Below, piece by piece: positions 59,298 through 64,000 of a stretch of DNA of 64,000 nucleotides. The stretch spans positions 16,182,001 to 16,246,000 of the forward strand of contig OZ024741.1 in NCBI GenBank assembly GCA_964016885.1, written 5' to 3'. Under the pieces are notes generated by a model. The model saw only the letters and a list, made by a program, of their open reading frames with translations, did not search any database and had not been told where the DNA came from. The translations under genes and the position numbers were made by a program. This DNA comes from Eledone cirrhosa (taxonomy: Eukaryota). Position 1 is the first letter of the stretch. Each line of letters opens with the position of its first letter.

Positions 59298-59869
59298 TAT
59301 AAACAGTAGCACTAACACAGCGTGATTCAGAAAAGCAATGTATATAAAAGCTTATAAAATATGATGTTTATGTAACGGATAAAATATAATTCAAAGTAGT
59401 TTAACTTATGCCAAAATCCCGATTTAGGGAAGTATAAGTTAGACAGACAAAGATAAATAAACTTTATAATTGACTCCCGACCGTGGTTTCAAGAATAAAA
59501 GATACAATATTGATTATTTAAAATCATTGGAACAACCAATATTGGAAGAACTTATTTTATCTTCAGGGAAGAATTCTCCGGAACACGAGATGTTGATCAT
59601 AAAGTATTCAGACCATTTCATTGCCGGAATTTTTTATTCTCGAAAGCATGGTAGGGTTTCGTGTCAACATGAATGTTATTTTTATCTAAAGACATTTTTT
59701 CCAATTCCAACCCGCTCGTCCCTTCAATCTATCTTATTTCTCATTCTTTTTTTCAGATGAAGGACTAGCGTCCGAAACGTTAAGACCCTCTTCCTGCTAT
59801 ATCAGGCGTTAACCTAATATATCCCTTCCGTATACTGTACCGATTGTGTTGTTATTTCTGTTTACCTTT

Positions 59870-59973
<104 letters not shown>

Positions 59974-59988
59974 TAGATAGAAAAATAC

Positions 59989-60021
<33 letters not shown>

Positions 60022-60040
60022 AAGATAGATAGATAGATAG

Positions 60041-61407
60041 ATTTCTTTATTAGCCACAAGGGCGCAACAAGAAAAGGAAACAATACAAAGACATGCCGGG
60101 GATTTTACATACAGTCGTGTAAAAAATATAAAAACAAACAATTTCAACAATCGAAATCCCCAATAGGGGGGAGGCGCCACAAATGGGTTGTTTAATACCC
60201 CGTCGATAGAACAACCCTCAACTCAAGGAGCGTGTTGTGCAAGTGCTCCTTTCTTCCTTTTGCTCTCTTCCTCAACCTACAGGCTTATAAACAGAGAAGG
60301 CCCAATCGCTCGGGCCATTTTCGTTTCATTCACCCACCTTTCAGTAAATTTACTGGGGTGCAGTGCCTCTCTCTCCACCCTGATTCTCCTTCTAAAGTGA
60401 TACTTAAAGAAGGGAATCAATTGTTGTCCGGAGAGAAAGGCATCTGTCCTCAGTCCTCTCAACCTCGTCCACCATATAACTTCTTTCACCATAGCCACCG
60501 TACAGAGGAAAACCGCCTCTCTTTCGTTTTTGAAAGAGTCTGGCGGTTTGATCCTTACTATGGACTCGGCAGTCAACTGTATTTGTCCCATACGCGACAG
60601 CAGTTGTTCTGCATAGTTCCACAGGTCGCTTACGCCCGGGCAGTGTACAATTGCGTGCAGAACTGTTTCAATATCCCGCGCACATCTTGGACACGTCCTC
60701 TTGGAAGGATCCCTGCCAGGGCGTCCGTGCCTGTAGATCTTGTCACGAACCGGTAGAGCTCCTCGGTAGCACTGCCAGGCCAGGGACCTCTGGAAGTTGT
60801 CCATAGGTCCCGGGCGGAAAGTCCTACCAAACAGACTGGTGAGCTCATCGTCTTCGACGCCCAGAGTCTCTCCGAGCACGTCGTCGCCCTTGTAACGTAC
60901 AATATCTCTATAGAATGTCGAAGTGGAGTCTCCACTGATTGCTGCGCCCGCTTGCCAGAGGACTGTGAGCGCCTGAGCGCATTCAATGTGCCAGGCGCCC
61001 ATCGTTTTCGGTCTTTTCTTCACCCAGGACTGCAGCTCCGTCAGCGAGACGAGATGTGGGAAAGCCTGTCTCACAAACGGTACCCACACCGGTTGGGGGT
61101 CGGTGAGGAATACCTGGAGATGCCGCAGCCTCAGCGCATGTTTGCGCATCATCAGCCACGGCATTCCCAGCCCTCCGTTGGAAGGGTGCTGACAGCAGAC
61201 GGATCTCCTCACCAGCGGAGCCTGCTTCTTCCACAGAAACTGGAAGAGCATGCGTTCCATCTTGGCGAGGTGTTCTCGGAGACAAGGCACGACAGTCAAG
61301 CGGTAGTAGATGACGGACGCTATGAAAGTGTTCGCCACCTCCGCTCGACCTTTCAAGGACAGTTTGCACTCTCGCCACTTCTGGGTGAGTGCAAACACCT
61401 TGGCCAT

Positions 61408-61410
<3 letters not shown>
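60041..61410 (-). mobile_element. 5'-truncated Tx1/L1-clade LINE, copy A (open ORF2 C-terminus 60277-61407)
   Basis: FQFLW..GGLGMP, CPRC..ETVLHAIVHC zinc finger; flanked by (GATA)n. Confidence 0.9.
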
Positions 61411-61495
<85 letters not shown>

Positions 61496-61497
<2 letters not shown>

Positions 61498-62770
61498 TTT
61501 CTTTTTATTTGCCACCAGGGCATCAAAAAGTGGGACAAGTACAATGGGGGGAGTTTACATAACAAGGCGTCCTCAATAAGGAGGAGGCAATAACAAGATA
61601 TAAAAATAAAATACAATATAACAAAATAAATTTTATAACAAAATCCTCAATAGGGAGGAGGCGCCTTGGGGGGGGGGGGGGTCGCACACACCCCCGAAAA
61701 AAGTGTGCAACCTTCTCCTCAGGAGCACAGAGAGGGGGTGCTCCCTTGATCTTTCATCTTCCTCACCTATAGTCTGATGTAGAGTGAAGGTCCATTCACA
61801 CGGGCCATTCTCGCCACTTTCACCCATCTTTCATAAAAACGGCTGGGGTGCAGCACCTCTCTCTCCATCCTGATCCTTCTTCCGAAATGATATCGGAAGA
61901 AACGGACCAGTTGTTGGCCAGAGAGAAAGGTGTCTGACCTCAGTCCTTTAAGACGCGTCCACCATACAACCTCTTTCGCCATGGCTATTACGCACAGAAA
62001 CACCGCCTCTCCTTCGTTTTTGAAGAGGGGAGGCGGCTTGATCGTTACAATAGACTCGGTGGTCAACCGGATCGGTCCCACCCTTGACAGCAGTTGTTCG
62101 ACATAGCCCCACAGATCGGCAATGCCCAAGCAGTGTACCAATGCGTGTGCAACGGTTTCCTCGTCGCCCACGCATCTGGGACATATCTTTTTCGAGGGGT
62201 CCCTACCCGGGCGCCCGTGTCTGTAGAGCCTTTCTCGAACGGACAGAGCCCCTCGGTAGCACTGCCAGGCCAGGGACCTCTGGAAGTTATCCATGGGTCC
62301 CGGGCTGAATGTCCTACCGAACAGGTTGGCCAGTTCGTCTTCCTCCATGCCTAGGGCTTCTCCGAGGGCGTCGTCGCACCTGCTAACCACCAGCCCTCTA
62401 TAGAATGACAAGGTGGATTCTCCACTGACAGCCGGGTCCACCTGCCAGAGAGCCGTGAGCGCCTGGGCACACTCGGTGTGCCAGGCGCCCAGTTTTCTCG
62501 GTCTTTGCTTGACCCAGGATTGCAGCTCGGTGAGTGAGACGAGTCTGGGAAAGGCTCGCCTCACAAACGGGGCCCACGCCGGTTGACCGGTGAGGAATAC
62601 CTGGAGGTGCCGTAGCCTTAATGCGTGTTTACGTATCATTAACCACGGTATCCCCAGCCCTCCTTTCGAATGGTGTTGACAGCAGATGGATCTCCTCACC
62701 ATAGGAGCCCGCTTCTTCCAAAGGAACTGGAAGAGTGCGCGCTCCATTTTGGCGAGCGTTTCCCTTGGGC
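61496..62770 (-). mobile_element. Tx1/L1-clade LINE, copy B
   Basis: Homologous open frame 61767-62765; flanked by (GATA)n. Confidence 0.9.
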
Positions 62771-62797
62771 AGATAGATAGATAGATACATAGATAGA

Positions 62798-63993
62798 TTT
62801 CTTTATTTACCATAAAGGCATAAAAAGAAGGGACAAATACAAAGGGGGAGTTTACATATAATCGAGTAAAAAGGGTGTAACATGAAAATAATCGAAAATA
62901 ACCTCAAAAGGGAGGGGACGTGATGGGAGTTGCACACACCCCCGAAAAAGTGTGCAATCCTTTGCCCGGGGAGCACATGGAGAAGGTGCTCCCCTCTCCT
63001 TTACTTCTTTACCTACAGGATGGTATACAGAGAAGGCCCATTTACACGAGCCATTCTCGCCACTATCACCCACCTTTCATAAAACTGCCTGTGGCCAAGC
63101 ACCTCTCTCTCCATTCTTATCCTTCTTCCGAAGTGATATCGGAAGAAGTAGACCAGACTATGGCCAGAGAGGAAGTTGCCTGACCTCAGACCTTTCAATC
63201 GTGTCCACCAAACAACCTCTTTCAACATGGCTATTACGCACAGAAAAACCGCCTTTGCTTCCTTTGTGAAGAGGGGAGGCGGTTTGATTGTCATCACGGA
63301 CTCGGCGGTCAATTTAATCGGCGCCACCCGCGACAGCAGTCGTTCGGCGTAGCCCCACAGATCAGCCACGCCCGGACATTGCACCAATGCGTGCGCAACG
63401 GTTTCTTCGTGATGCACGCATCTAGGGCAAATCTTTTTTGAGGGATCCCTGCCCGGGCGCCCGTGTCTGTAGAGCCTCTCTCGAACGGGTAGGGCCCCCC
63501 GGTAGCACTGCCAGGCCAGTGACTTCTGGAAGTTGTCCATTGGTCCTGGGCCGAAAGTCCTACCGAACAGGCTGGCCAGTTCGTCTTCTTCCATGTCCAG
63601 CGACTCTCCAAGGGTGTCATCGCCCCTGCTAGCCACCAGCCCTCTATAGAATGATGAGGTGGATTCTCCACCGATGGCCTGGCCCGCTTGCCAGAGAGCC
63701 CTGAGCGCCTGAGCACACTCAGTGTGCCAGTCTCCCAGTTTTCCGGATCTTTGCTTGACCCAGGACTGTAGCTCGGTGAGCGAGACGAGTCTCGGAAAGG
63801 CTCGTTTCACGAACGGAGCCCACACCGGTTGACCAGTGAGGAATACCTGTAGGTGCCGTAGCCTTAATGCGTGCCTACGCATCATCAACCACGGCATCCC
63901 CAGCCCTCCTTTCGAAGGTTGTTGGCAGCAGATGGATCTTCTCACCATAGGAGGGCGCTTCTTCCAAAGAAATTGGAAGAGCATGCGTTCCAT
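62798..63993 (-). mobile_element. Tx1/L1-clade LINE, copy C
   Basis: Homologous open frame 63013-63993; 3' end joins (GATA)n. Confidence 0.9.
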
Positions 63994-64000
63994 GGTGGTG

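Overview
Eukaryotic, AT-rich, microsatellite-saturated non-genic DNA, probably octopod/cephalopod judging from the tRNA-derived SINE family (inference from recall, not a search). No host protein-coding gene is supported. The window opens with a 6.8-kb C-rich 10-bp satellite and a (CAT/CAC)n array. The rest is a mosaic of retroelement fragments sitting in microsatellites: Penelope-like elements (PLEs, GIY-YIG) in (TA)n, three Tx1/L1-clade copies in (GATA)n, R4/Dong-like RLE elements in (TACA)n, plus CRE and RTE ends, SINEs, MITEs and two tandem Helitron-like copies. The main hidden structure is a dense set of fold-back (palindromic) mini-elements in (TA)n. These carry type I hammerhead ribozyme motifs from about 15 sequence families, including non-canonical cores (U3-A8, U4C, U4A) and greatly enlarged stem II domains. 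Many of these families also share a GAGT(A/G)CT heptamer about 35-80 nt from their terminus. All folds and coordinates were read by eye and need computational confirmation.
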